NCBI RefSeq assembly: GCF_007748075.1
Contig: NZ_CP036280.1
Coordinates: 660,001 to 692,000, forward strand
Length of the DNA stretch: 32,000 bases
Direction of reading: 5' to 3'
From: Mucisphaera calidilacus
GTDB taxonomy: Bacteria; Planctomycetota; Phycisphaerae; Phycisphaerales; Phycisphaeraceae
Made by a program: the position numbers and the translations under genes. Each line of letters starts with the position of its first letter. Positions within the stretch are counted from its first letter, which is position 1. The notes beneath the pieces were generated by a model. The model made no database searches. It was given only the letters and a program-made list of their open reading frames with translations, and had not been told where the DNA came from. Below, piece after piece: positions 15,473 to 24,072 of this stretch.

Positions 15473-16513
15473 TCAGACGAGGTCTTTTTCGCGGAGCAGG
15501 TGATTCGCCTTGACGGCATGAGCCAGCGAGCGTCCGACGACGTCGTTGAGTCGTGCCGGTGACATGCCGAGCCCGGGTCGCTTGATGGTGAGGTCGCTGC
15601 TCTTGAGTCGGTGGCCCGCGGGGAGGTCGTTGATCAGGCAGAGGCTCTGGCGTGAGATTCGGCGGACGTCTTCTTCTTCCTTGATGACGGTTTTCCGGGC
15701 CAGGCCCAGTGCCGATGCCGCTGCGTGTGCGTGCTTGACGTAGTCGCGCATGGTGTTGGGTGTGAGGCTTGCGGCGTGGTCGGGTCCGGGTGCATCGGTG
15801 TCGTGGGTGAAGTGTTTTTCGAGCAGGCAGGCGCCGGCGGCGACGGCCAGCCCGCCGGTGTGGACGTCGGTCGTGTGGTCCGAGTAGCCGGTCGTCAGGT
15901 TTGTGGCGTCACGCAGCAGGCGGATGCCGGCCAGTGAGGCGTCTCGCGGTTCGGCCGGGTAGGCGGAGACGCAGTGCAGCAGGGCGGCGGGGGCGTCGTG
16001 TTTCGCCAGCCGGTCTGCTGCCTTCTGGATCTCGTGCAGTTCCGAGGCGCCGGTGGAGACGAGTGTCATGCGGTGGAGCCCGAGCGTGGCGTCGATCAGC
16101 GGGAGGTTGACGACGTCCGGCGAGGCGATCTTGATGAAGTCGGGTTCGAGCGTGGCGACCTCGTCGACGTCCTCGAGGCTGAAGGGCGTAACGCCGAAGC
16201 GGATGTCGGTTTCCCGGGCGGCGGCGCGCAGTTCGGCGAGTTGCTTGAGGTTCAGGGTGAGCGATTCGAGGAGGTCTTCGGCGGACTCGGCGGTGCCCTG
16301 CTGGTAAGCGGCGAGCTCGGATTCGGCGGAGAGCAGGCGCTCGGGGGAGAAGTGCTGGAACTTCACGGCGTCACAGCCGGCGTCTCTGGCGGCGCGGATG
16401 AGTTCGGCGGCGCGATCGACCGAGCCGTCGTGGTTGACGCCGATCTCGGCGATCACCCAGACGCGTGCGGGGTCGTGCTCGGTTGCGTGGGCGAAGGGCG
16501 GTTTTGCGTCCAT
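15473..16513 (-). CDS. N-acetylneuraminate synthase family protein (NeuB/PseI/LegI-type nonulosonic acid synthase)
   Basis: VWVIAEIGVNHDGSVDRAAELIRAARDAGCDAVKFQ, then a TIM-barrel region, then a C-terminal SAF domain (RQSLCLINDLPAGHRLKSSDLTIKRPGLGMSP). Confidence 0.8.
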   Translation of the reverse strand: MDAKPPFAHATEHDPARVWVIAEIGVNHDGSVDRAAELIRAARDAGCDAVKFQHFSPERLLSAESELAAYQQGTAESAEDLLESLTLNLKQLAELRAAARETDIRFGVTPFSLEDVDEVATLEPDFIKIASPDVVNLPLIDATLGLHRMTLVSTGASELHEIQKAADRLAKHDAPAALLHCVSAYPAEPRDASLAGIRLLRDATNLTTGYSDHTTDVHTGGLAVAAGACLLEKHFTHDTDAPGPDHAASLTPNTMRDYVKHAHAAASALGLARKTVIKEEEDVRRISRQSLCLINDLPAGHRLKSSDLTIKRPGLGMSPARLNDVVGRSLAHAVKANHLLREKDLV

Positions 16514-16522
16514 GGGCGGAGT

Positions 16523-17566
16523 TTACACCCCGTCTTGTTTGCGGGCGTACTGCTGCTCGTAGTACTGGCGGTACTCGCCGCTCCGGATGCGTTGCCACCA
16601 GGCGGTGTTGTCGCGGTACCAGTTGCAGGTCGCTTCGAGTGCCTCGGGCCATGCCGAGCGCGAGGGCTCCCAGCCGAGATCGCGTTGGATTTTCGAGGCG
16701 TCGATGGCGTAGCGGCGGTCGTGGCCCTTGCGGTCCTCGACGTACTCGATCATGGATTCGTCGTGTCCCATGATGTCGAGGATGGCGTGGGTGAGTTCGA
16801 GGTTGGAGCGTTCGTTGTTGCCGCCGATGTTGTAGGTCTCGCCCGCCTTGCCCTGTTCGGCAACGAGCAGTACGGCCTCGCAGTGGTCGATGACGTGGAG
16901 CCAGTCGCGGACGTTGCGTCCGTCGCCGTAGAGCGGGACCTTCATGCCCTGGAGCAGGTTGGTGACGAAGAGGGGGATGACTTTTTCGGGGAACTGGTAG
17001 GGGCCGAAGTTGTTGGAGCAGTTGGTGATGCTGGCGTTGATGCCGAAGGTGTGGATGGCGGCGCGCACGAGGTGGTCGGAGGATGCCTTGCTGGCCGAGT
17101 ATGGGCTGCTCGGGCTGTAGGGCGTGGTCTCGGTGAAGAGCAGGTCGGGCCGGTCGAGGGGCAGGTCGCCATAGACCTCGTCGGTGGAGACGTGCACGAG
17201 GCGTTTGTTGTTGTCGGGGTCGGCCTGTCGCAGGGCGTCGAGGAGGCACTGGGTGCCGAGGACGTTGGTCTCGATGAAGGGTCGGCCGTCGATGATGGAG
17301 CGGTCGACGTGGCTCTCGGCGGCCATGTGGATGACGATGTCTGCCTCGGCGATGAGGGAGGTCATCTGGTCGACGTCACGGATGTCGCCGTGGACGAAGC
17401 GGTAGCGTTCGGGGAAGCGCTCCTCGATATCGCGGAGGCTCTCGGGGTTGCCGGAGTAGGTGAGAGCGTCGAGATTGACGAGGCTGGTGTCGCTGCGGGA
17501 TTCGAGTGCGAAGCGCACGAAGTTGGACCCGATAAAACCGCTGCCGCCGGTGATGAGAATCTTCAT
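16523..17566 (-). CDS. rfbB: dTDP-glucose 4,6-dehydratase
   Basis: From ORF 16523..17611, trimmed to ATG 17566. MKILITGGSGFIGSNFV (Rossmann fold), YSASKASSDHLV (YxxxK), and HVIDHCEA...GETYNIGG typical of RmlB. Confidence 0.9.
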   Translation of the reverse strand: MKILITGGSGFIGSNFVRFALESRSDTSLVNLDALTYSGNPESLRDIEERFPERYRFVHGDIRDVDQMTSLIAEADIVIHMAAESHVDRSIIDGRPFIETNVLGTQCLLDALRQADPDNNKRLVHVSTDEVYGDLPLDRPDLLFTETTPYSPSSPYSASKASSDHLVRAAIHTFGINASITNCSNNFGPYQFPEKVIPLFVTNLLQGMKVPLYGDGRNVRDWLHVIDHCEAVLLVAEQGKAGETYNIGGNNERSNLELTHAILDIMGHDESMIEYVEDRKGHDRRYAIDASKIQRDLGWEPSRSAWPEALEATCNWYRDNTAWWQRIRSGEYRQYYEQQYARKQDGV

Positions 17567-17682
17567 GCGCACGCGTCGCTTTCGTTTGGATTTCGTGTCT
17601 ACCCCATGCATCGGCTTGACCCGCCCCGGGGATTGACCGATGCTCGCTAGGGAGCATAACGCTCGCGTCGAAGGGAAGCATC

Positions 17683-18438
17683 ATGAAGGGCGTTATTCTG
17701 GCTGGTGGTCTTGGCTCGCGGCTGCGACCACTGACGCTGGTGACCAACAAGCACCTGTTGCCGGTGTACGACCGGCCGATGATCTACTACCCGATTCAGT
17801 GTCTGCTGAACGCGGGGATTAACGAGATTCTCATCGTGACCGGCGGTGAGCACGCGGGGGACTTCCTCAAGCTGCTCAAGAACGGGAAGCAGTTGGGGCT
17901 GAAGCAGCTCGCCTACGCCTACCAGGAGGGTGAGGGCGGGATTGCGGATGCGTTGAAGCTCGCAGAAGACTTCGCGGATGGCGACAAGATCAGCGTGATC
18001 CTCGGCGACAACATCATCGAGGGGAACATCCGCAAGGCGGCGGGTGACTTTTTCACCCAGTCATCCGGTGCCAAGCTGCTGCTGAAGGAAGTGCACGATC
18101 CTGAGCGTTTTGGTGTGGTGGCCTTTGATGACGACGGCAAGGTGACGCGCATCATCGAGAAGCCGGAGAACCCGCCGAGCAACTGTGCGGTGACGGGGAT
18201 TTATTTCTACGACAACGACGTGTTCGAGATCTGCCAGACCCTCAGGCCCTCGGGGCGTGGTGAGTTGGAGATCACCGACGTGAACCAGGCCTACCTTGAG
18301 CGTGGCGATCTGAGTTACGAGATGCTCGACGGCTGGTGGACCGACGCGGGCACGTTCGAGAGTCTGCATCGCGCGAGTAACCTTGTGAAGGAGGGCGGAG
18401 CCAACAACCTTGAGTTGACCGCCGTCCAGCAAGCCTGA
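17683..18438 (+). CDS. rfbA: Glucose-1-phosphate thymidylyltransferase (short RmlA-type sugar nucleotidyltransferase)
   Basis: MKGVILAGGLGSRLRPLTLVTNKHLLPVYDRPMIYYPIQCLLNAGINEILIV resembles the RmlA N-terminus. Sits with rmlB/C/D. Confidence 0.8.
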   Translation: MKGVILAGGLGSRLRPLTLVTNKHLLPVYDRPMIYYPIQCLLNAGINEILIVTGGEHAGDFLKLLKNGKQLGLKQLAYAYQEGEGGIADALKLAEDFADGDKISVILGDNIIEGNIRKAAGDFFTQSSGAKLLLKEVHDPERFGVVAFDDDGKVTRIIEKPENPPSNCAVTGIYFYDNDVFEICQTLRPSGRGELEITDVNQAYLERGDLSYEMLDGWWTDAGTFESLHRASNLVKEGGANNLELTAVQQA

Positions 18439-18451
18439 GCGGAGGAGGCTC

Positions 18452-19081
18452 GTGCTGTTCCCGCTCATCCTGTCGGCAGACGAAGCGACGCGGGGCTGGC
18501 GTTTGGGGATCAACGATCCTTCTGCCGAGGCGTGGATGATCGTGGGGGCTTATGCCGTGGCCGGTCTGCTTGCCGGCCGGGCGGCGATGTTTACGGCAGG
18601 CCGTGAGTCGCGATTCTGGTGGCTGATTGCGGCGGTGATGGTCGGCCTGGGCATCAACAAGCAGCTCGATCTTCAGTCGGTATTTACCGAGACGGCGCGT
18701 GATCTGAGCCGGGCGTGGGGTTGGGTCGACTACAAGCGAGCCTTGCAGGTGGCTTTCATCGCGATGATCTCGGGGCTGATGGTGGCTGCTGGTGGTTATG
18801 TCGTCTGGCAGGTGCGTGGGCTGCTCTGGCGCGTGCGGTTTGCGCTGCTGGGGTTGTTGATGATCGGAGCCTTCATCGTCATCAAGGCGGCTTCGCTGCA
18901 TCACGTTGACGTGTTTCTTGGTCGGCCGCTGACGCCGAACAACCTGCTGCGGCTCAATGTCTTGTTTGAACTCCCGGGTATCCTGCTGGTTGCGACTGGC
19001 GCATCGTTGCGCCATCGAGAGGCCGGCTGCGATTCTCCTTCGACACCGTATCCGGAGACCCGTGCTCGTGAACATTCTTGA
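18452..19081 (+). CDS. Hypothetical integral membrane protein (about 5 predicted TM helices) embedded in the rml operon
   Basis: 209-aa ORF with a GTG start 13 nt after the rmlA stop. Hydrophobic stretches are AWMIVGAYAVAGLLAG, FWWLIAAVMVGLGI, VAFIAMISGLMVAAGGYVVW, FALLGLLMIGAFIVI and LFELPGILLVATGA. I recognised no family motif. Its 3' end overlaps the rmlC start. Confidence 0.55.
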   Translation: MLFPLILSADEATRGWRLGINDPSAEAWMIVGAYAVAGLLAGRAAMFTAGRESRFWWLIAAVMVGLGINKQLDLQSVFTETARDLSRAWGWVDYKRALQVAFIAMISGLMVAAGGYVVWQVRGLLWRVRFALLGLLMIGAFIVIKAASLHHVDVFLGRPLTPNNLLRLNVLFELPGILLVATGASLRHREAGCDSPSTPYPETRAREHS

Positions 19082-19631
19082 GACTGATATCCCCGGCGTG
19101 CGCATCATTGAGCCGCGCAAGTTTGGTGACCACCGTGGTTTTTTTATGGAGAGCTACAGCGCGCCGCGGCTTGCCGAGGCGGGCATTGACGACCATTTCG
19201 TGCAGGACAACCACTCGCTTTCAGCAGCGGCGGGGACGCTTCGTGGGCTCCATTGCCAGACCCCGCCTCATGCGCAGGCCAAGCTGGTCCGGGTGACACG
19301 GGGTCGTGTGCTCGATGTCGCCGTGGATGCGCGCAGGGGCTCGCCGACGTTTGGCCGGCACGTCGCGGTTGAACTCGATCCCGAATCGGCGCGTCAGTTG
19401 TATGTTCCGGTGGGTTTTCTCCACGGATTCGTGACTCTTGAGCCCGACACCGAGTTCCTTTACAAGGTTTCGGACTGCTACGCGCCCGAGTGTGATACGG
19501 GTGTGCGCTTCGATGACCCGGACCTGGGTATCGACTGGGGGTTGAACGGTCGCGAGCCGGTGTTGTCGGAGAAGGACAGCCAGTTGGTGAGCTGGGCCGA
19601 CTTCGATTCGCCTTTTACCTGGGAGGGCTGA
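19068..19631 (+). CDS. rfbC: dTDP-4-dehydrorhamnose 3,5-epimerase
   Basis: From ORF 18957..19631, trimmed to GTG 19068. (M)NILETDIPGVRIIEPRKFGDHRGFFMESY...GTLRGLHCQ...AKLVRVTRGRVLDVAVDAR...PVGFLHGF is the RmlC cupin signature. Confidence 0.88.
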   Translation: MNILETDIPGVRIIEPRKFGDHRGFFMESYSAPRLAEAGIDDHFVQDNHSLSAAAGTLRGLHCQTPPHAQAKLVRVTRGRVLDVAVDARRGSPTFGRHVAVELDPESARQLYVPVGFLHGFVTLEPDTEFLYKVSDCYAPECDTGVRFDDPDLGIDWGLNGREPVLSEKDSQLVSWADFDSPFTWEG

Positions 19632-19635
19632 GTGG

Positions 19636-20469
19636 ATGCGTGTGCTGCTGATCGCACCGAACGGGATGCTGGGTCGTGCGTGGAAGGGGCTTCTTGAGTC
19701 CGAGGGCGTCGAGCACACGGCCGTCGGTCGGCCGGAGCTGGACATCACGCGCCCCGAGACGATCGCGTCGATGGTCACGCCCGGCTGCACGCATGTGGTC
19801 AACTGCGCTGCGTGGACGGATGTCGATGGGGCAGAGTCACACGAGGAGGAAGCGAGACGGAGCAACGCCGGCGGGCCGGCTGCGTTAGCCGATGCCGTCC
19901 GCGCGATCGGAGCACGGCTGGTTCACTACTCGACGGACTACGTGTTTCGAGGCGACGGCGACGCGCCTTATCCGGTCGACACGCCGCGCGATCCTGTGAG
20001 CGCTTATGGACGAACCAAGGCGGAGGGCGAGGTTCTGCTGGAGGAATCGGGTGTCGATCACCTGACGATCCGCACGAGTTGGGTTTACGCGCCGTGGGGC
20101 AAGAATTTCGTGCTGACGATGCGCAGGCTTCTGACTGAGCGTGATCAGGTCAAGGTGGTGGACGACCAGCGAGGCCGGCCGACCTCCGCGGAGCATCTGG
20201 CCAGGGCGAGTCTCGGCCTGATGCGGGCTGATGCCCGCGGCTTTTTTCACGTGAGTGACGGCGGTGAGGCGACGTGGTTTGAGCTGGCTCGTCACATCGG
20301 CGACCGAGAGGGGACGACCTGTGCGATCGAGCCCTGCACGACCGACGCGTTCCCCCGGCCGGCGAAGCGTCCGGCCTATTCGGTGCTTGATCTTTCGAGG
20401 ACCGAGGCCTTGATCGGGCCGATGCCTGACTGGCGGAACAACGTTAATGCGGTTCTGGAGCAACTCTGA
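19636..20469 (+). CDS. rfbD: dTDP-4-dehydrorhamnose reductase
   Basis: MRVLLIAPNGMLGRAW..., AAWTDVDGAE, STDYVF, YGRTKAEGE (YxxxK) and RTSWVY, typical of RmlD. Confidence 0.88.
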   Translation: MRVLLIAPNGMLGRAWKGLLESEGVEHTAVGRPELDITRPETIASMVTPGCTHVVNCAAWTDVDGAESHEEEARRSNAGGPAALADAVRAIGARLVHYSTDYVFRGDGDAPYPVDTPRDPVSAYGRTKAEGEVLLEESGVDHLTIRTSWVYAPWGKNFVLTMRRLLTERDQVKVVDDQRGRPTSAEHLARASLGLMRADARGFFHVSDGGEATWFELARHIGDREGTTCAIEPCTTDAFPRPAKRPAYSVLDLSRTEALIGPMPDWRNNVNAVLEQL

Positions 20470-22257
20470 TCAGAGCGGCCAGATCAGGGGTGTCAGGAAG
20501 ATGGTGGTGACGAGGACGATGAGCATCAGCGGGAGGCCGATGCGTGCGTAGTCGGCGTAGCGGTACCCGCCGGGCCCGTAGACCATCAGGTTGGTCTGGT
20601 AGCCGATCGGAGTGATGAAACTCGCGGACGCGGCGATCATGACGATCACGAGCAGCGGCAGCGGGTCGGCCTGCATGCGTTCGGCGGTGGCGAGGGCGAT
20701 GGGGTAGACCAGCAGGGCCGCGGCGACGTTGGTCATGAGTTCGGTGAAGAGATTGGCCAGCAGGAAGAGCGCAAGGAGACTGAGCAGGGGGCTGCCGCCG
20801 GTGAGTGTCATCAGGCCGGCGACGATGCCGTCTGCTGCCCCCGAGGCGGCGACGGCCTGGCCGATGCCGATGGCGCAGCCGATGACGATGAGGATCTGCC
20901 AGTCGATGGATTGGCGCGCTTCGCTCGCGGTGCAGCAGCGCGTGAGCCACATGAGGCCGGCGGCGAGGAGTGCGCCGTGCATGAGCGTGAGCCACTCGAG
21001 CCCGACGCTGACGACGAGGAGCCCGAGGATGGTGATGGCCAGCCAGGCCCGTTCGTGGCGGATGATGGTGGAGTCCTCGATGGGGCTGACGAGGTAGAAG
21101 TCCTGGCTGTAGCGTCGCTGGTCGGAGAAGCTGGCGGGGGCTTCCATGAGCAGCGTGTCGCCCGGCTGGAGCACGACGTCGCCTATTTTCTGCTGGAGTC
21201 GCTGGCCGTCACGGGCGACGGCGATGACGGCGGCGTTGTAGACCGAGCGGAACCGGCCGTCGCGGATGGTCTTGTGCACGAGCGGGCAGCGGTTGGAGAC
21301 GACGGCTTCGATGAGCTTGCGTGAGGCCCGTGGCGCGTTGAGCTTGTAGACCTGGTCCTCGGCGGGTTTGAGGCCTCGGATCTTGCGCAGGTCGACCACG
21401 GAGGCGACGATGCCGACGAAGACCAGGCGGTCGTTGGCGCGGAGTTTCTGATCGGGCCCGACGGCGGCGAGGATTTCCTGATCGCGTTGGATCTCGGTGA
21501 GGTAGAGGCCGGGGAGGTGACGCAGCCCGGCGGCTTCGATCGTGCTCCCGACGAGCGGGCCGTCGGGTTCGACGATCATCTCGACGGCGTACTCGCGTGC
21601 GCTGCGTTCGCGGTCGATCGCGGGTTTGCGGTCGGGCAGGAGCCAGCGTCCGACGACCAGCAAATAGATAAAGCCAAGAAGAGCGCAGGGCAGGCCGACC
21701 CAGGCGAGATCGAACATCCCGAGGCCGGTGCCGACGCGTGGGTCCTCGAGCATTCTGCCGTTGACCACGAGGTTGGTGGACGTGCCGATCAGCGTGCACA
21801 TCCCGCCGAGGATCGCGGCGTAGCTGAGGGGGATGAGCAGCTTCGACGGGCTGATGGCGCACTTGCGGGCGAGGTCGCCGACGGCGGGGAGGAAGACGGC
21901 GACGACGGCGGTGTTGCTCAGGAAGGCGGAGAGGCCGGCGGCGGTGGGCATGACGCGTGCCTGTGCCGTGGTGGCACTGGTCGGTCGGCCGAGGAACCAC
22001 TGGCTCATGAGTTCGGTGGCGCCGGTGTGGCGGAGGCCTGCGGCGACGACGTAGAGCAGGGCGATGGTGATCGGCCCCTGGCTGCCGAAGCCGAGGAACA
22101 GCTCATCGATGTGGGGCATGCGCTCGCTGAACAGCCCGACGGTGGCGAGGAGTGCGAGGGTGCCCATGAGGATCACGTCGGGCCCGGTGACGTTGGCGGC
22201 GAGGATGAGGATCATCGCGGCGAGCGTGGCGAGAGTGGTCCAGGCTTCCCATGGCAT
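20470..22257 (-). CDS. SLC13/DASS-family anion permease with two central TrkA-C (RCK_C) domains; candidate sulfate transporter
   Basis: From ORF 20470..22554, trimmed to ATG 22257 (MPWEAWTTLATLAAMILILAAN) because the upstream part overlaps cysC. Multi-TM N- and C-terminal halves flank two TrkA-C-like segments (EMIVEPDGPLVGSTIEAAGL...NDRLVFVG and EAVVSNRCPLVHKTIRDG...GDTLLMEA). Lies immediately downstream of cysQ-cysC. Confidence 0.7.
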   Translation of the reverse strand: MPWEAWTTLATLAAMILILAANVTGPDVILMGTLALLATVGLFSERMPHIDELFLGFGSQGPITIALLYVVAAGLRHTGATELMSQWFLGRPTSATTAQARVMPTAAGLSAFLSNTAVVAVFLPAVGDLARKCAISPSKLLIPLSYAAILGGMCTLIGTSTNLVVNGRMLEDPRVGTGLGMFDLAWVGLPCALLGFIYLLVVGRWLLPDRKPAIDRERSAREYAVEMIVEPDGPLVGSTIEAAGLRHLPGLYLTEIQRDQEILAAVGPDQKLRANDRLVFVGIVASVVDLRKIRGLKPAEDQVYKLNAPRASRKLIEAVVSNRCPLVHKTIRDGRFRSVYNAAVIAVARDGQRLQQKIGDVVLQPGDTLLMEAPASFSDQRRYSQDFYLVSPIEDSTIIRHERAWLAITILGLLVVSVGLEWLTLMHGALLAAGLMWLTRCCTASEARQSIDWQILIVIGCAIGIGQAVAASGAADGIVAGLMTLTGGSPLLSLLALFLLANLFTELMTNVAAALLVYPIALATAERMQADPLPLLVIVMIAASASFITPIGYQTNLMVYGPGGYRYADYARIGLPLMLIVLVTTIFLTPLIWPL

Positions 22258-22273
22258 AGGCGTCGCTCTGTTC

Positions 22274-22891
22274 TCAGGCGGGGATGATGCCCTGGGCTTC
22301 GAGTGCTGCGATGACGGCGGCGGTCTCGTCTTCGAGTGACATGGTGTCGGTGGTGAGGGTGAGTTCGGGCTGTTCGGGCGGCTCGTAGGGTGAGGAGATG
22401 CCCGTGAAATCTTTGATCGCGCCGGCGCGGGCTTTCTTGTAGAGGCCCTTGGGGTCGCGGGCCTCGGCGGTCTTGAGGGAGACGTCGATGTAGACCTCGA
22501 TAAAGGGCAGGCCGTGTTCGTCGTGGAGTTGGCGCACCCGGTCGCGGTCGGCACGGAAGGGGCTGATGAACGAGGAGAGGACGATCAGGCCGGCGTCGGC
22601 GAAGAGGCGTGCGACCTCGCCGATGCGTCGGATGTTCTCGACACGGTCTTCTTCGGAGAAGCCGAGGTTGGCGTTGAGGCCCATGCGGATGTTGTCGCCA
22701 TCGAGCCGGTAGCAGAGCCGGCGGCGTCGGGTGAGTTCGGCTTCGACGGCGACGGCGACGGTTGACTTGCCCGAGCCGGAGAGTCCTGTGAACCAGAGGG
22801 TGGCGCCCTTGTGTCTCAGGAGCGCAGCGCGGTCGTCGCGGGTGACGCTGCCGTGGTGAAAGGTGACGTTGGTGGCTTTGTGCTCGGTCAT
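22274..22891 (-). CDS. cysC: Adenylyl-sulfate (APS) kinase, canonical
   Basis: [15 protein letters not shown] (P-loop), [41 protein letters not shown], and [12 protein letters not shown]. Confidence 0.93.
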   Translation of the reverse strand: MTEHKATNVTFHHGSVTRDDRAALLRHKGATLWFTGLSGSGKSTVAVAVEAELTRRRRLCYRLDGDNIRMGLNANLGFSEEDRVENIRRIGEVARLFADAGLIVLSSFISPFRADRDRVRQLHDEHGLPFIEVYIDVSLKTAEARDPKGLYKKARAGAIKDFTGISSPYEPPEQPELTLTTDTMSLEDETAAVIAALEAQGIIPA

Positions 22892-22902
22892 CGTGGTGGT
22901 GT

Positions 22903-23907
22903 TTATTCGCTGGGGAGGGTGGCGACGCTTGTGACGGCGTTGATGATGCTGGCGTGGTCGAAGTCGACGGAGGCGGCGATGCCCCGGTTGGCGGTGAGTT
23001 CGCGTCCGAGTGAGAAATCGAGGGGTTTGCCGAGGATGTCGGTCACGGTGCCGCCCGCTTCCTCGACGACGATGGACCCGGCGGCGTGGTCCCAGATCTT
23101 TTCGCGGTAGCCGGGCCGCGTCGGCATGCGCAGGTAGACCGAGGCGAGGCCGGCTGCGAGGGAGGCGTACTTGGCCTGGGAGTCGATGCGGTAGGGGGGT
23201 GCGGTGATGCCGATGCGTTGGGCGATGGCGGCGGCCTGGTCCTGGTCGCTGTGCGCCGACTCGACCGACTCGCAGAATCGAGGCGTGGTGTCGTCGGTGG
23301 CCCGCAGGTCGTGGGCGTCGAGGCTGCCGTCTTCGGCGAGGCTGTAGCGGATGACGCCCTGGCCGCGTCGGGCGGCGAGGAGCGTCCCGGTGCCGGGGGC
23401 ATCGGGCATCTCGAGGTTGGGACAGGCGAGCACGCCGAGGACAACCCGGCCGTCTTCGATCAGCCCGAGTGCGACGGCGTATTGTTCACGCCTGAGGAAA
23501 CCCTTGGTGCCGTCGATGGGGTCGAGAGTCCAGTACGTTCCCTTGCCCGGCTCGATGGCGGCGGAGCCCCGGTCGATCCAGCCGAGCACGTTTTCTTCGG
23601 AGCATTCGATCCCGAGTGATTCGCTGACTTCTTCGGTGACGGCGGCGCGGGTTGCGGCTTCATCTTCGGATCGAAGGGCGTCGGCGGACTCTTCGCCGAC
23701 GACGGCGGTGACGGATGCGTTCTCGGCGAGGTGATGGCAGACGAGGGCCTGGGCGGCGAAGTCGGCGACGGTGACCGGACTTTTATCTCGTTTTTCCAGC
23801 GTCTGGGGCGTGATACGGCGTTGTTGGACGCGTCGGCAGGCGTCGGCGGCGAGGATCACGGCCTCGATGGCGTGCTGGATCGCCTGATCGTGCAGGGGGG
23901 TGGTCAC
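22903..23907 (-). CDS. cysQ: 3'(2'),5'-bisphosphate nucleotidase (HAL2/CysQ-type, inositol monophosphatase superfamily)
   Basis: [19 protein letters not shown] and IWDHAAG motifs. 334 aa. GTG start 23907 with AGGAG 6 nt upstream. Confidence 0.8.
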   Translation of the reverse strand: MTTPLHDQAIQHAIEAVILAADACRRVQQRRITPQTLEKRDKSPVTVADFAAQALVCHHLAENASVTAVVGEESADALRSEDEAATRAAVTEEVSESLGIECSEENVLGWIDRGSAAIEPGKGTYWTLDPIDGTKGFLRREQYAVALGLIEDGRVVLGVLACPNLEMPDAPGTGTLLAARRGQGVIRYSLAEDGSLDAHDLRATDDTTPRFCESVESAHSDQDQAAAIAQRIGITAPPYRIDSQAKYASLAAGLASVYLRMPTRPGYREKIWDHAAGSIVVEEAGGTVTDILGKPLDFSLGRELTANRGIAASVDFDHASIINAVTSVATLPSE

Positions 23908-23921
23908 GCTGATCTCCTGGG

Positions 23922-23940
23922 CACGCGAACGGTTCGCGTG
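23922..23940. promoter_or_regulatory. Perfect 19-bp palindrome CACGCGAAC-G-GTTCGCGTG in the cysQ/cysD divergent region
   Basis: 9-bp arms, exact, read directly from the sequence. It ends 3 nt from the cysQ Shine-Dalgarno (23914-23918). Either a candidate operator or a 5'-UTR hairpin. Confidence 0.45.
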
Positions 23941-24072
23941 GGTTTGCTAGTCTGTAGGATTCGACCCGCAGCCGCGTCCTGAGACAGGATCGTAACAAGC
24001 CTGCCCCGCGTGCTGTTTGTCCCGCCGACCCTGAACCCTTCGGGCAGCGGGGAAACCGGAGAGCCAAGCGAC

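Noticed and set aside
15974-17650. 558-aa plus-strand ORF antisense to the NeuB-family and rmlB genes.
   Set aside because: The Gly/Val/Ala/Asp-rich product has no motifs, whereas the opposite strand carries clear NeuB and RmlB signatures.
22258-22554. N-terminal extension of the SLC13 permease ORF (694 aa in the ORF track).
   Set aside because: It is Pro/Ser/Thr-rich and overlaps the 3' part of cysC in another frame. The ATG at 22257 begins directly with a transmembrane helix 16 nt after the cysC stop.
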